Assembly (NCBI GenBank): GCA_002269645.1
Contig: NIVC01002038.1
Location: forward strand, 1-64,000
Direction: 5' to 3'
DNA: 64,000 nt
Source: Macrostomum lignano
Taxonomy: Eukaryota
Part shown: piece by piece, positions 1-11,566 of the stretch
Numbering within the stretch: the stretch's first letter is position 1
Layout of the letters: every line of letters begins with the position of its first letter
Position numbers and translations under genes: made by a program
Notes under the pieces: model-generated
Seen by the model: only the letters and a program-made list of their open reading frames with translations
Told to the model about the DNA's origin: nothing
Database searches by the model: none

Positions 1-35
1 GAAATCATTAGCAGTTGCGTTAAAAAACCGAAAAA

Positions 36-118
36 CCAAAAGGCCAAAAGGCCAAAAGGCAAAAAGGCCAAAAGGCCAAAAGGCCAAAAAGGCCAAAAGG
101 CCAAAAAGGCCAAAGGCC
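36..118. repeat. Tandem octamer repeat (CCAAAAGG)n, ~10 imperfect copies
   Basis: ccaaaaggccaaaagg... read directly; followed by the 14-bp palindrome gcctcgcgcgaggc at ~137-150. Confidence 0.9.
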
Positions 119-418
119 GAAATCGTTTTCATTTTGGCCTCGCGCGAGGCGCGAAATCTTTGCATTTGGCCTTCCCTCGAGACGGAATTCTTCCTCGGCT
201 GGGCTCAGTTAAAGTGAAAATCTCTCTCGCCCCCACGCGCGCTGCGCCACACACATACACTCCCCTCTCTCCACCACCACGCGAGCCCACGCCCATCATA
301 CTACCAGAATGGGGTAAGAGATTTTGAGTACACATGCGCGCATTTTTTCATACCATCTATTCTCGGCAAGCATACTTAAAAGGGGAACGAATTTTCTCAC
401 ATTCTCTCATGATCAACG

Positions 419-1252
419 TCAGTACAAACTCTTCACCGTTGAAATCAACACCCACCCATCTTCAGTCTCAAACTGTAGCACAATCTCGTGAATCTCCTTA
501 TTACTCAATACAACTCTTTTCACTGGATTTGGTTTCTCTACCACCATCTGTCCTCCAGCAACAGAGTTGGAGATGTTGTACAAAATATTCGTTCGCTTTC
601 CCTTAAATACCCAATCAAGACTGAGATTGCTTCTGATTAGAATATTCAAACCCTTTACAATGTCTGCTATATTGGGTGCTAAGAACAAACCGCGTACATT
701 TTCCCGGGCCATTCTAACAGCCCCCGTCGCTTGAGTGACAGTCCGCGCCGCGATTCTGCCTTATAAACTTTCTTCTCGAATCCCAGTTCCCTATACCAAG
801 TGTCATCTTTAAACTCAACCTCCGCATCTTTGTGAACTTGCATGACCACTCTCATTACAGTGAGATCATAGGTTATTTGACAGGGAACAGTTTCTTCTCT
901 GGCTTACTCGCATCAGGTGTCTCAAAATGGCCTCTCTTAGTAAAGACATTTTCTAGAAGTTATTGTAGGTATCCACACTTTGCGTGCTCACATGGAATAC
1001 CACAGGGTCTGCTGCTGCACCTTTCCATTTGTAATAAAACTTATTATTTGCTGCCATCACATTGGGAACGTTTGACCAACCAGTGAAGTCGTTAAGATAG
1101 ACATGGTAATTAGCGCCTGGATCCAGGCGAATCGCCTGCTCTAATTTTTCAACAAACATCCCGTTTGAGTCATTAATTCGACCAGTTATTGTAATAGGAA
1201 TGCTCTCCTTGAGTGTGAAACAATGTTGTTTAGTCTTTCGCTATGCTTCCAT
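419..1252 (-). pseudogene. PX: Polinton minor capsid (penton) protein, disrupted
   Basis: Fragments 953-1159 (LNDFTGWSNVPNVMAANNKFYY) and 419-712 (ILYNISNSVAGGQMVVEKPNPVKRVVL...FETEDG) resemble the N- and C-terminal penton motifs. ATG at 1252 is followed by an in-frame TAG; frameshifts lie between the fragments. Confidence 0.75.
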
Positions 1253-1272
1253 TTTTTGTCCTAAAAAAATAT

Positions 1273-2561
1273 TTAAACTTTACTGGATGAATTGTTGATC
1301 ATGTTAAGCTTCACCTTCCTCTCAAATGCATAGATAATGTACAAGTCCACGGGTGTTGCGACAGTCCTCTCAATGTTAGTCACGATATTCACAGGGCTGT
1401 TATCAGTAGGCATTTGTCTGGCAGACACATCAGCGCCAAACATTGGATATAGAGTTCCATATTGAAGAGCAGTGATAGCAATTCCATTGTTCTCTTTCAC
1501 AGCCAAGTCGACCAACTCGCTGTAAAATTTGCTAATCTTGTTCTGACTGAAATCTCCATTTTGTGGCAGTGCAGGGTAAAGATTATCACTGATTTCATGC
1601 TGAATGGACCGCACGTCTCCATGTATGTAGCGTATAATGCTATTTGGGTTTCTCATGTTAATAATAATATACCTTGGATTGCTGCATGATCCCTCTTTAA
1701 TGCAGATGTTTGTTCTAGTTTCGTTTCGCTCATCTCGACACATGTAGGCTGTGTATGCAACATCAATGTCCTTCTCTATTGCCTTAAGATAGTCTGCTTT
1801 TAGTGCAGTCTTTGGCTCAATGATTCCAAATACACTCGATTCCGGTTAGCTTCACCTCCATCCTAGTGTGGTCCGCCCCAGTCCACAACACTCTACTGCG
1901 ATCAACTCTAGTCAGTCTAAATGTGTAGCTAAAGTTACTAGTCAGTCGATTAAATGTATTACAGAATCCACTCATGAATCTAGTGGTACAAATACATCAA
2001 CAGACCGATACAGCGGGTTTTTAGCAGCATCATCAGCACCTTGCAATGCATAGTTGTATCTCTTCTTCCTCTTTTTATAGCCACTGTCATTGATGTCTCC
2101 TTCTTTTTCATCTGCAATAAAACCCGCACCACTTCCCAACTGAATAAAATCAGGATTCTCGATCAAACAATGAGCGTCATAGACAATTCCAAAGTTGGCG
2201 ATTCGCTCCAACTCAGTGCTCCCATTCGATACACTAAACTCCTTGAACATGTACGCCCAAAAGTTACTGATCAGAGCCACATCCGCATCATGCTTGTCAA
2301 CGTTAGCACGAGCCGCATCCGCACCACCCTTTGTCTTGAATTGAAATGTCATATGGAAGCCGCTCTTAAGACTGTGCACACTAACCAGAGACGAACATCC
2401 ATTGTATGTAGACGTAAATGTCAGTGTTTGACCTGGACCAAATTAGTTTCATTCTGGTTCTCGTGACTCGGAACTCTTACCTGAGTCGCTTTGATTGTGC
2501 TATCATCACTCAAAATAGGCTTGTTAATTTTGTAGAAAACTGGTGTCAGTGGGTCGTTCAT
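1273..2561 (-). pseudogene. PY: Polinton major capsid (double jelly-roll) protein, frameshifted
   Basis: ATG 2561 gives MNDPL...SDDSTIKATQ; 1972-2379 DADVALISNFWAYMFKEFSVS...ELERIANFG...FVPLDS; 1273-1743 LYPMFGADVS...YIIYAFERKVKL. These match the MCP N-, mid- and C-terminal patterns and immediately precede the penton gene. Confidence 0.8.
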
Positions 2562-2591
2562 TTTTTAACTAAAAATAAAATAAAATAAGAA

Positions 2592-3733
2592 ATGAAGCGA
2601 AAAGTTCATAATATCTCTGAACTAGAAAAGCTGGCGCAAGCAGAGAAACGAGTTACCGGACTAATCAACAAAGAACAACAATCTTACAATGAATTCGTCC
2701 AAGCAGCCACCGAATTTCACAAACCCGGATACACAGAAGCGAAGAAAAACATCGACACTGTGAAGGAAACAATTGATGATATTCAAGAGAGCCATTGCAA
2801 AACACATTGGGTAAAATCCATCTTCACCGGGACAACCACAGGCTCAGCAACCAGGACAACCAGTGCAGATGAATGTGACGGATAACTTTTTTGGCCCCGT
2901 AATGGTTGATGGAAAATATATATTTGGAATTAGCGCCTGGCGAAAAGAAATTACCAAGGAACCGGTGGATTACAACATTGAAGTGACAAAGGAAAATATT
3001 TCAATCAATAAAGGTGCAGAAACTAAAAGAATCCCCTACACTAAAACTTTACTTGATTACATGACTAAAAATCTAGAGAAAACGTCTGAAAAGCAGCTAA
3101 AAAATTACAAAGATCTTGTTACCTTGCTTTAGAGAGGGACATAGACATTCTCAAGAACAACGGTGTTTTGAAAGTTTTACATGAAAACAGGATTGACTTG
3201 AACAGGTTTAGAAAATACAAATACTTTAAACAATGGTTTGGTTTGCCAGATCAGTTGGAAGTCATAAAACTAGAACAACAACAGCAGCAACCACAACAAC
3301 AGCAACAACCACAGCAACCACCACCTCCACAGCAACAAAAAACCCAGGTTGAACAAGTACTTGATCAACTTGACGCCGCAGAACCGATTGTTGTTTCCAG
3401 TACAAAGATACAAACCCTGATACTTGGCGACAATTAGAGCGGCTCTCCCCAGAACGAATGAAGCGAATCAATGACAGAGTATTCACACCTCAACAAAGAC
3501 AAGCGCCACATGACAGTTCCTCCTCTGACCAATCATTCGAATCACCTCCAAGCTCTTCCGGAAAAGGCATGCCTGAATTCTACAAGCGGTTAGCTGTTCT
3601 TCTAGGAGCGGCAAAGACCGGAATGAAAGACGAGAATAGAAAAGAATTTGTCAACATCCTGGACAAAATGCTTGAGAGAAAATATCGATAAAAGAGCAAG
3701 AGAACTTTTGCTTTCACGGTTTAACAAAAAATA
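2592..3733 (+). pseudogene. Conserved Polinton structural/unknown protein (PZ-like), split into 4 ORF fragments
   Basis: DNFFGPVMVDGKYIFG...YTKTLLDYMTK...QLKNYKDLV and C-terminal RLAVLLGAAKTG...EFVNILDKMLERK motifs; internal Gln/Pro-rich tract at ~3265-3340. Confidence 0.65.
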
Positions 3734-3750
3734 AATTTCTATTTAAAAAG

Positions 3751-4131
3751 ATGCCAATTATTTTCGAAAAAGACATTGACAAATACTATGACAAAGAGGA
3801 ACTTAATCTCATTAAACGCGGATCTGGACTTTTCCCTGCAGGCCACTATCCAAGAAAAGAACGCTCTGGGAATGGCCTTGCCGATTTGATCGCTCAGGGG
3901 GCCAAGATTTTTAAGGTCATTGGAGAGAACAAAGAGAACATCAAGAACGTTGCCGAAGCGGCTGGCAGTGTAGCCACAGCAGCCAAAAAGATAAAGGATA
4001 CGGTTAATGAAACCCGGAAATCAATACCAGATATTCAACCCCTTGCACCGAGTGCAGATAGTGTCGATCCAGCCATCTACGCAAAGATGAGAGCTGAATA
4101 TAAGAAAGGAGGCGGTTTTAAATTTGACTAA
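3751..4131 (+). CDS. Small Polinton virion core-like protein with G-x-G putative adenain cleavage sites
   Basis: Intact 126-aa ORF; KRGSG, RSGNG and KKGGG motifs; amphipathic LADLIAQGAKIFKVIG helix. Confidence 0.6.
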   Translation: MPIIFEKDIDKYYDKEELNLIKRGSGLFPAGHYPRKERSGNGLADLIAQGAKIFKVIGENKENIKNVAEAAGSVATAAKKIKDTVNETRKSIPDIQPLAPSADSVDPAIYAKMRAEYKKGGGFKFD

Positions 4132-4196
4132 TTTGGTGCACCCTGACGGTAAAAGAGGTGTGAGGGTGTAGGACTAGTCGGATGTAGGACTAGTAG

Positions 4197-4285
4197 AAAA
4201 AAAAGACACACACAACCCGAAAAAAGACACACACATCCCGCAAAGAGACACACACATACACATCTCGCAAAGAGACACACGCGTC
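4197..4285. repeat. Short intergenic tandem repeat (~22-24 bp, aaagacacacaca-core) x4 inside Polinton-1
   Basis: aaaagacacacacaacccg / aaaagacacacacatcccg / aaagagacacacacatac / aaagagacacacgcg. Confidence 0.8.
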
Positions 4286-4328
4286 TTAAATACACAAGTT
4301 TAAAAAGAAAAAGTTTTTTTACATAAAA

Positions 4329-5128
4329 ATGGACTTCACAAACGACTTTCATCCCACTGGACACGCAATCAGATAAAATTTGCTCACAACGAGATAATTC
4401 CAGGGCACTTCCGATGCATTGTTGTTGGCTCATCTGGGTCAGGGAAAACCTTCAGAGTTTTTAACATGCTCCTCAGACCTGGATTCCTCGATTATGACAC
4501 ACTACATATCTATTCACCCACTCTGTATCAAGATGAGTATAAAATGCTAGTAGCGGGCCTACAGAACAAACTCAACAAGGAAGATATTATTCAATGTTTT
4601 AGACATCAAAAAGACCTCAACAGCAACCCGGAAGTTGTAGCCACTGAATACGCAAAGCACATCCCAGACAATGAAAAATGGCAAAATATTAAAGTTTTCA
4701 CTTATGGAGATCCACAGATAGATCCTAAAACTAAACTCTTACCTCAACCTGATGAACTAGAAAAGGGGAGAAAGCACCTGATTGTCTTTGATGACTGCAT
4801 GACCGGTCCCCAGAAACAGATAGAAAATTATTTCACCCGGGGTAGACACAATAACTGCAATGTTATTTACATTGCCCAAAACTGGTTTGAACTGCCAAAT
4901 AAAACAATTAGAGGTAACTGTAATTTGATTCTTCTTTTCCCAACCATACCACAGGATCGACTGAAACGATTTTATAATGAGGTCATTGCCCCAGCTCACA
5001 TTACATATCCAGCTAAGAACTCTAACAGAACAATATCACAGGAGGAATTTGTTAACATATGCTATGAAAAGTGGAACCAACCCTATCAGTTTGTCATGAT
5101 TAATAAGGAGAAAAGAATTTTAATTTAA
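4329..5128 (+). CDS. ATP: A32/FtsK-like packaging ATPase (one 5' frameshift)
   Basis: Walker A GSSGSGKT at 4427-4450, in frame upstream of ORF 4466-5128; Walker B HLIVFDD; FTRGRHNNCNVIYIAQNWF motif. ATG 4329 is one base out of frame (agaTaaaattt). Confidence 0.92.
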
Positions 5129-5143
5129 TTTTTTATTTAAAAA

Positions 5144-5952
5144 ATGTCATAAATTTTGCAGGTGAGTCAACTACAGGCAACAGCACTCTCACAACTTCCT
5201 TCCTTGATAAGCGCTACATTAACACTGATGAAGAGATCCCAGAGATCAAACTGAATAAAAACAGACTGAAACAATTAGAGCGCTCCATGCACCAGTTGCA
5301 AATAAACATGGAAGATCTCAGGCTTAAAGTAGCTAGGCAGAAGTTTGAAAGTGATAAGCTTTATGTGCCGTTGTTAAACGCAACTAATGAACTAAGGTCA
5401 GAAATAACTTCGATAGTCTCGCTAATCAACGGCTTGAGATCATCAGTTAATCTTCTGGGAAATTCCATTGATAGACGGATGCGTATTCTTGAAGGGAGTT
5501 TTCACAAACACAGCTAAAGTGAATAATTTAGAAGAGTTCATGAACCAGTCAACAGCATTGCATGATAGAATTAAAGAAAACGTCGCAACCAACACAGTTA
5601 AAGTCAATAATTTAGAAGAGTTCATGACCAGTCAACATCGTTGCATGATAGAATCAAAGTAAGAATTACTGCAATAAAGTCTTTGTAGATTTAGTTTTTA
5701 CCGAATGGCAGAAATCGGTGAGAAGAATCGGTCGTCTTGAACGCTTGCATAATCTTAAAAAAATTGACGCTGAAGAGGCACCACAGACCACAAGGGAAAC
5801 AAGTGATCCAACCGACTTGTTTGAGATCATGCGTAGAATGGAGCTCACAGATAATGAATAGGCAGATTCAGAGACCTGTTGCCGTCACTGCAGACGAAGC
5901 AATCAACCGTAAAACAAATCTAACACCACCAACTAGTTGTCGATTTTTTTAA
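5144..5952 (+). pseudogene. Coiled-coil protein with 28-aa tandem repeat (possible fibre/spike), frameshifted
   Basis: Reconstructed MS.NFAGESTTG...FLDKRYINTDE...; heptad-rich middle; two ~84-bp repeats encoding NT(A/V)KVNNLEEFM.QST.LHDRIK at ~5508-5660. Confidence 0.45.
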
Positions 5953-5966
5953 AAAATTCCCTAAAA

Positions 5967-6633
5967 ATGGATGCTCAAAATTCTCTTTATGATCCGAACG
6001 CTCCCACAACACCTAGTGCACCTAGTGCACCCCAATATGAGCAACAAAACTCTACCCGTCATTACTTGTAACTCTCAACAGTTTCGACTGGTGGAGATTC
6101 AAAAAATGCGCGATGATCTTGAAAAAAATATTTTCCACAACACAAAGAAAATTAAGCGCTATGACAGCCACTGTAAATTTTTCGACTACAGCAATATGAT
6201 TCTAGGATCTGTGTCTGTTCTATCTGGATCTGCTGCAGCTGTCTCAGTGTTGCCAGCCATCACAGCCCCAATCGCAATCCCGCTCGGCTCTGTGGGTGCT
6301 GCATGTGGACTTATTTCAGCAATTACTGGAGCATTAGCGCGAAACAGGCGAAAAAAACTAAAGCAGCTACAGGAGAAGCAAGTAAAAGAGAAAGGGGTGC
6401 ACACATCAATCATAGGGTACATTTCAAGGGCAATCGAGGATAAGTTCATTTCAGAGGATGAGTTCAAAACCATTCAGGATCTTTATGAACAATCAATTCG
6501 AATGAACTTGAACATGGTCGGTACTGATGACATGAGTCAGCTGAGAAATGAACTCGAGAAAGTTCTTCAACATTATGCGGAAAGAAGGACAACGAGAAAT
6601 TCGGTAAGAAGGACGACGAGAAATGCACAATGA
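5967..6633 (+). CDS. Conserved Polinton membrane protein (two hydrophobic segments; one 5' frameshift)
   Basis: FRLVEIQKMRDDLEK...KRY..., hydrophobic ILGSVSVLSGSAAAVSVLPAITAPIAIPLGSVGAACGLISAITG, ISRAIEDKFISEDEF. Likely true start TAAAA-ATG at 5967 (MDAQNSLYDPNAP...). Confidence 0.75.
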
Positions 6634-6636
6634 ACC

Positions 6637-7038
6637 CTATGAAACACAGCCAAGAATAATTTCCTTGTAGGTCTTTCGTGTTTTGGTCATTGCATACAAA
6701 ACAGTCATGCACAGCTCACCGCAAATATCACTGCTAAGACCTTGGAGAATAAAGTCTGAGCGATAAATTTTTTTATTATTTTTTCCCTTCATATAATTTC
6801 TTAGCTCTTCTGGTACTGCCGTCCCATAGCTATCGAAGTAATAACACTTGTGCTTGCGATCGGGATCAATCACCCAGCAAACCCAATGAGATCCTGGCTT
6901 ATCGGTGGTGTCAAAGTTCATGATGCCGCATTCCTTTCTTAGAGGAAAATCAGGCAGAGTGTCCCTCATAAATATTCCTCTAAAGTTTGGGATTTCCAGT
7001 TCGTTAGCCAAATCTTCAAGAAAGTTATTTGTTGTCAT
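6637..7038 (-). CDS. PRO: Adenain-like (C5) cysteine maturation protease, intact
   Basis: Catalytic residues in GSHWV, YFDSYG, ILQ and DICG; FRGIFMRDTLP N-terminus; 133 aa. Confidence 0.95.
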   Translation of the reverse strand: MTTNNFLEDLANELEIPNFRGIFMRDTLPDFPLRKECGIMNFDTTDKPGSHWVCWVIDPDRKHKCYYFDSYGTAVPEELRNYMKGKNNKKIYRSDFILQGLSSDICGELCMTVLYAMTKTRKTYKEIILGCVS

Positions 7039-7091
7039 TTTTTATGAGGTTTATTAAACTTTCTCTTAAACCTAAACCCAACCTCCACCTC

Positions 7092-10000
7092 CTAAACCCA
7101 ACCTCCTAAACCTAATCTCCAATGCCCGAACGGTAGACTGTTGATATTGTCATCAAAAATGAATCTCTTGTTATCTGCACCTGACAGTCCAATCTTCTTT
7201 TGCTGAATTGTGTGAATAATGTGGTTTTTAGATTGTAGCTTTGAGAACTCATGTGATGTCTTTTTGTTGCAATTCAAGGCGTCTCTGTATTCAGCTTCAT
7301 TAATTTCCTTCCTAACCACACGTTTCGGAATTCCCTTTGATTTTTTAATTGGGTCTGACGACTCACATTTTACAAAATAGGACTTTGCTCTCAACCCAAT
7401 GAATTCAGTGATTATGTCACCAGCAATCTCGTCCTTCATTTTCCCAATCACTTTCTTGTTAGTAGCGTCAAACACTTGATCGCCATTCTGTGTCCTGCAA
7501 GATTCATCATACTCAGACAAGTCAAACAAATCTTTTTGCTGCAGCATGTCCTGATAAATGTCTTCTGTTTGAATGTCCATAATAAAACTGTCTGTGTCAG
7601 TGTACAAGAGTTTCATTTTATCCTTGTACTGCTGCTTCATGCCATAGAAGAACTGGTACATCAGACGTTTTGATTCGTCGAGAACAGTGACACCTGTATA
7701 GATCGGCTTGCGCAGCGTCACCTTGGTTTTGTAAAATATGATCACACCTAAGTAGCTATTAAAGATATGGAGTTCTTTGAACGTTGGCTTTGACATATTT
7801 GCCTGAATAACAGCAGGCTCTGATGAGGTAACAAGTTTCAGGTTTGTTCTTTTCCGCTCATTCTCAAGAGTCTTGCCATAGACAGAGTTGTTGGCTAACT
7901 TAAAGAGGTTCTTGTCAAAGTCGTTGGTTGCTTTGGTCCTAAACTGGGTGTTCTTATCAATGTAGGGTTTCATCCACGCTTCCTCTGTAAATGTAAGAGC
8001 CCTGTGAACTTTGGTGACCCTGCAACCAAGTGAGATAAAATACTGAAGCAGTTTGTAATGGATTTTGTAACGTGTCTTGTTGTTTAGATTCTGTGTTAGT
8101 TTCTCTGTATGTTCTTTTTCTGTTCCTGACAGGCGCCAAGTTCCATTATTATCATTGGGAGTTTCGATTATTTTCGGGCACTTGATGTTCTCTGGGAAGG
8201 GTGGAAAGTCAGAGAAATAGTCGTGAAGCTCTGGTGGAATGTAAACATCAACTCATAAATGGCAGCCAATGAAAAGTCCCACTTTAGTTCTGATGAGGGT
8301 AGCCATCGAAAATCTCTAACTGGAAGATCTTGACTCATCGCCCAACCGTAGAGATTATTAGCGTCCAAGTAAGTAATGTAGTTTGAGGGCTGCTCCTTAT
8401 TGTAAGATTCAATGTAGGGATTGTTTGCTTTTGCATACCTGTTAACGCAAATTGAGATTCCCCCTCGCTTTGACGATTCGACAAAATTGTACATGTCAAT
8501 GTCTGTAAGAAGTTCAATGTACCAATCTGGATCTTGATCCCATTTCATTTTAAGCAAAGATTCCCAGCTAGTGGCAGGCAGAGACACATAATGTGCTGGA
8601 TCGAGGCCATATGCTGTGTACCAGGTGTATCTGAAGGTTTCAAACACATCGGCCAGCAGAAACACATCTGTGTAGAGGTAAAGCAGGTGATACTGGAAGA
8701 AGTTTTGACAATTAAAGTAATTATAGACATGCTTCGCGTGCTCATAGTCTTTGTCAGAGATTCCAGAGTTGTTAGCTTTGAAAAGAACTTCTCCTGTGGT
8801 GGTAAACCTTCTTCAAATACGTGATACCCAGTAATATTTTCATAGGGGTAGAAGCCTTTCTTTCTTAAAAGTTTAAATGATTCATCAGTGTTGTTAATTT
8901 TACTTGCAAACATCTTTGTATATGTACATTGTTCATCTTTTAGATTCTTGCTTAGTTCGTCTAGACTGGCAGCTAGAAATTGATATGAATCCTTCAGTCT
9001 TATTTTACCTGTACCCGAATTATCCTGTTTAATATCAACACACTTAAACTTCTCCTTGTTCTCTGCGATGCAATCAAGGTGTATGTCTGGAATCATGCCG
9101 ATTTTTTCAACTATTAAATGCATGTCATAGTTCTTTGCGTTGTGACAAAATATTGTTAGATCATGAATGTTCGATTTTAGCTTTAGATTACAGGTGTTAT
9201 GCGCTGCACCTCTAAATTTCCCAGTATAGTGGCAGTGGTCCCTAACGGTGGGGTTTTTAATATTAGTGCAAGTTAAATGTTTCCTGCAGATGTGGCAATG
9301 AGTTGCTGATAGGAAATTGCTTTCATCCTCCTCAGTCATCATTATTGGAACAGGTTGAAGGGTGCTAATCACTTTTTGCAACTCTAACATTCTGGCAATA
9401 AACTGCTCCACACACTGCTCTCCAAAGAAATAATTATACTCAACAAGTCCTTTTGTATTAATAAAGACATATGTTACTGAATTGGGGATATGTTTTTGAG
9501 TTTGAGTTTGAGTTGGAGTTTGTTTTTGAGTTGGAGTTTGTTTTTGAGTTGGAGTCTGTTTTTGAGTTTCTGGCACGATTGAGCATTCGAAATCAGCATA
9601 TACAACAAATGGGAGCTTCTCCATCTTATGATAATTCTTAAACCGGAGATACTTCTCTTCAGCTGAAGGAAGAGAGCAGTTTGTTGGGTGATCCTCGCAT
9701 GATAATTCATGCTCTGCTAGTTTTTCAAAGCGTTCAGGTCCACTGTAATGCTTAAGGCACAAGCGGCAGATGGCAACAGCCTCGTGATGATTATTCAACT
9801 GTTTGTGAATGAGTCTTGAAAGATCTTTAATCCAAACATAGTGAGCCTCCTCTAGTAAATTACCAATCACTAGAAGATCCACTTCAGTCCGCCTTTTCCC
9901 CTCGGATCTAAAACGTCTTTGCTACATCTGACCGGTTGAACTTTCTCAGTTTTTTCACTCCACTCAAAGACTGTGATTCTAATTTTGTTATTAAACACTT

Positions 10001-10987
10001 CTTCTAGCTTTGGGATCTGAGAGATCGCCAAGCCTCCTTTGTCAAACCTGATTCCCTTCTTTTCGCATTCGATGAGATAGTAGTTGAAATAATTTTGATA
10101 ATTTGAGGTTCTTTCGGGGTGGTGAGGGACACTATCATGAAGAAGTGCAGAAAGAACTGCCCATAGAGCACAGCAGTTGTCTTTATTTTTAACATTTATG
10201 CAAGCTTTTTTTCCGGCTAGCTTGTGTGGGAGCTCTATATAAGAGGAGGCTTTAAGTGGGTCATATTTCATGACCATGACAGTCGCTCTTTGAATCCCTC
10301 CTACGACCCATCCGGAACCTCTGGATGTAAACGCTTCAATTTTCTTATTGACATCTTGAAGGAAAGGATCCAGTGTGTCTGTAGGGGTGAATGGCTTGCC
10401 TTTGTTGTCATGTAATACTCGAGATGCTCAGTGGGTTTTGCAGGCATATAAAATGCAATCTTGAATGATATCTGTAGTTTAAAGGTCTTGCGTGATTTGA
10501 GTGTGTGATCAACAACTGATTGGATGCTGTCTTTATAGTCGTAGATGTTTGCGGTGGTATCCTTAATTGGGATTGTGTACTCTATGTAATGTTCTGTAAA
10601 CTTCCTCTGTGCAAAATTAATCTCTTCAATGGCAAGCTCCGACTCTTTTAAATGGATTAATTGCTCTAATTTCTCTTGTTCCTGCTTATTTTGTGGGTAC
10701 TTTGCTTTTTCACCAGTGAGAGTTTCGTATTTGTTAATTAAGTTGCGACTCCTCTCTTGGTGTTCCTTTGCAGGATTTTTTATAGGCGCATACTGGTTGG
10801 ATTTTAATTGGTTGATGATTTCCAACTGTTTTTCATAGCTTCCCAGGTGACCGGGGTCGGTGTTGAACCTTTGTTTGCATGCTTCTCTTAGTAAATTACT
10901 TTTGTCTTGAAATGAGACGCCTTTTGAAAAATATTTGTTGACTAAATCTTTTGCTGGATTAGCTTTTGGCATTTTTTTCTCTAACAT
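7092..10987 (-). pseudogene. pPolB: Protein-primed family B DNA polymerase with endonuclease VII-like Zn insert, multiply frameshifted
   Basis: Exo I VVYADFEC; HCHIC...VRDHCHYTGKFRGAAHNTCN; CHNAKNYDMH; motif A YLDANNLYG; motif B KLANNSVYGK; motif C LYTDTDS; fragments 10301-10987, 9870-10277, 8545-9882, 8168-8665 and 7092-7973. Confidence 0.96.
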
Positions 10988-11094
10988 AAAAAAATTTTGA
11001 GGGTGACCACCCTGATAGAAAAGTTGAACTGTTTCTACATCCTATAAGTAGCGTTAGGTTTATGAAGCTGGATAAAGTGGGGTTTTAAACCTCA

Positions 11095-11550
11095 TCACAT
11101 GCGCATTATTGTAAACCCAGCATTGTGCAGTGTCATGATTGCTTTGACAATGTCAGACTTGCTTACAGAATTTTCATGCTCACAATCATCACAATCATCA
11201 AAATCAGGGCAACCATCTCCTGCCTTAATTGTTATACCTTTGTCTCTTGCAATCTTTTGCAATTCTAGCTGGTGAGCTCTATCATTCCCAGCTTTAACAG
11301 CAGTTGCTACACCTCCAGCTACACCACCTGCGGCACTTACAGCGCCTGCAATAATCGGGATAAGAGCTGCTAATGGTAGGATTCCTCCTGACTTTTCATC
11401 TGTGATGCTGTGTCTTTGCTCATTACACTGAAGTATTTGCTGCGTGGGATCGATTTTTACTTTGACACCTTTAATTGATATAATACCTGGTTTCTTTGAT
11501 TCAATGATTTTATTGAGTTTATTGATGGTTCTGGTTTCAATCTTTGTCAT
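11095..11550 (-). CDS. Adenovirus pX(mu)-like membrane-active/core protein
   Basis: KSGG|ILPLAALIPIIAGAVSAAGGVAGGVATAV resembles the adenovirus pX C-terminus (RGG|ILPLLIPLIAAAIGAVPGIASVA); intact 151-aa ORF. Confidence 0.75.
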   Translation of the reverse strand: MTKIETRTINKLNKIIESKKPGIISIKGVKVKIDPTQQILQCNEQRHSITDEKSGGILPLAALIPIIAGAVSAAGGVAGGVATAVKAGNDRAHQLELQKIARDKGITIKAGDGCPDFDDCDDCEHENSVSKSDIVKAIMTLHNAGFTIMRM

Positions 11551-11566
11551 TTTTTATTTTAATATT

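Noticed and set aside
200-330. Left TIR of Polinton-1 pairing with 12890-12942
   Set aside because: Only a short C/T-rich match (ccctctctcc); no AGT-type terminus or TSD.
2041-2466. Antisense ORFs over viral genes (e.g. 2041-2466, 26142-26546, 30104-30508)
   Set aside because: Shadow frames of motif-bearing genes on the opposite strand.
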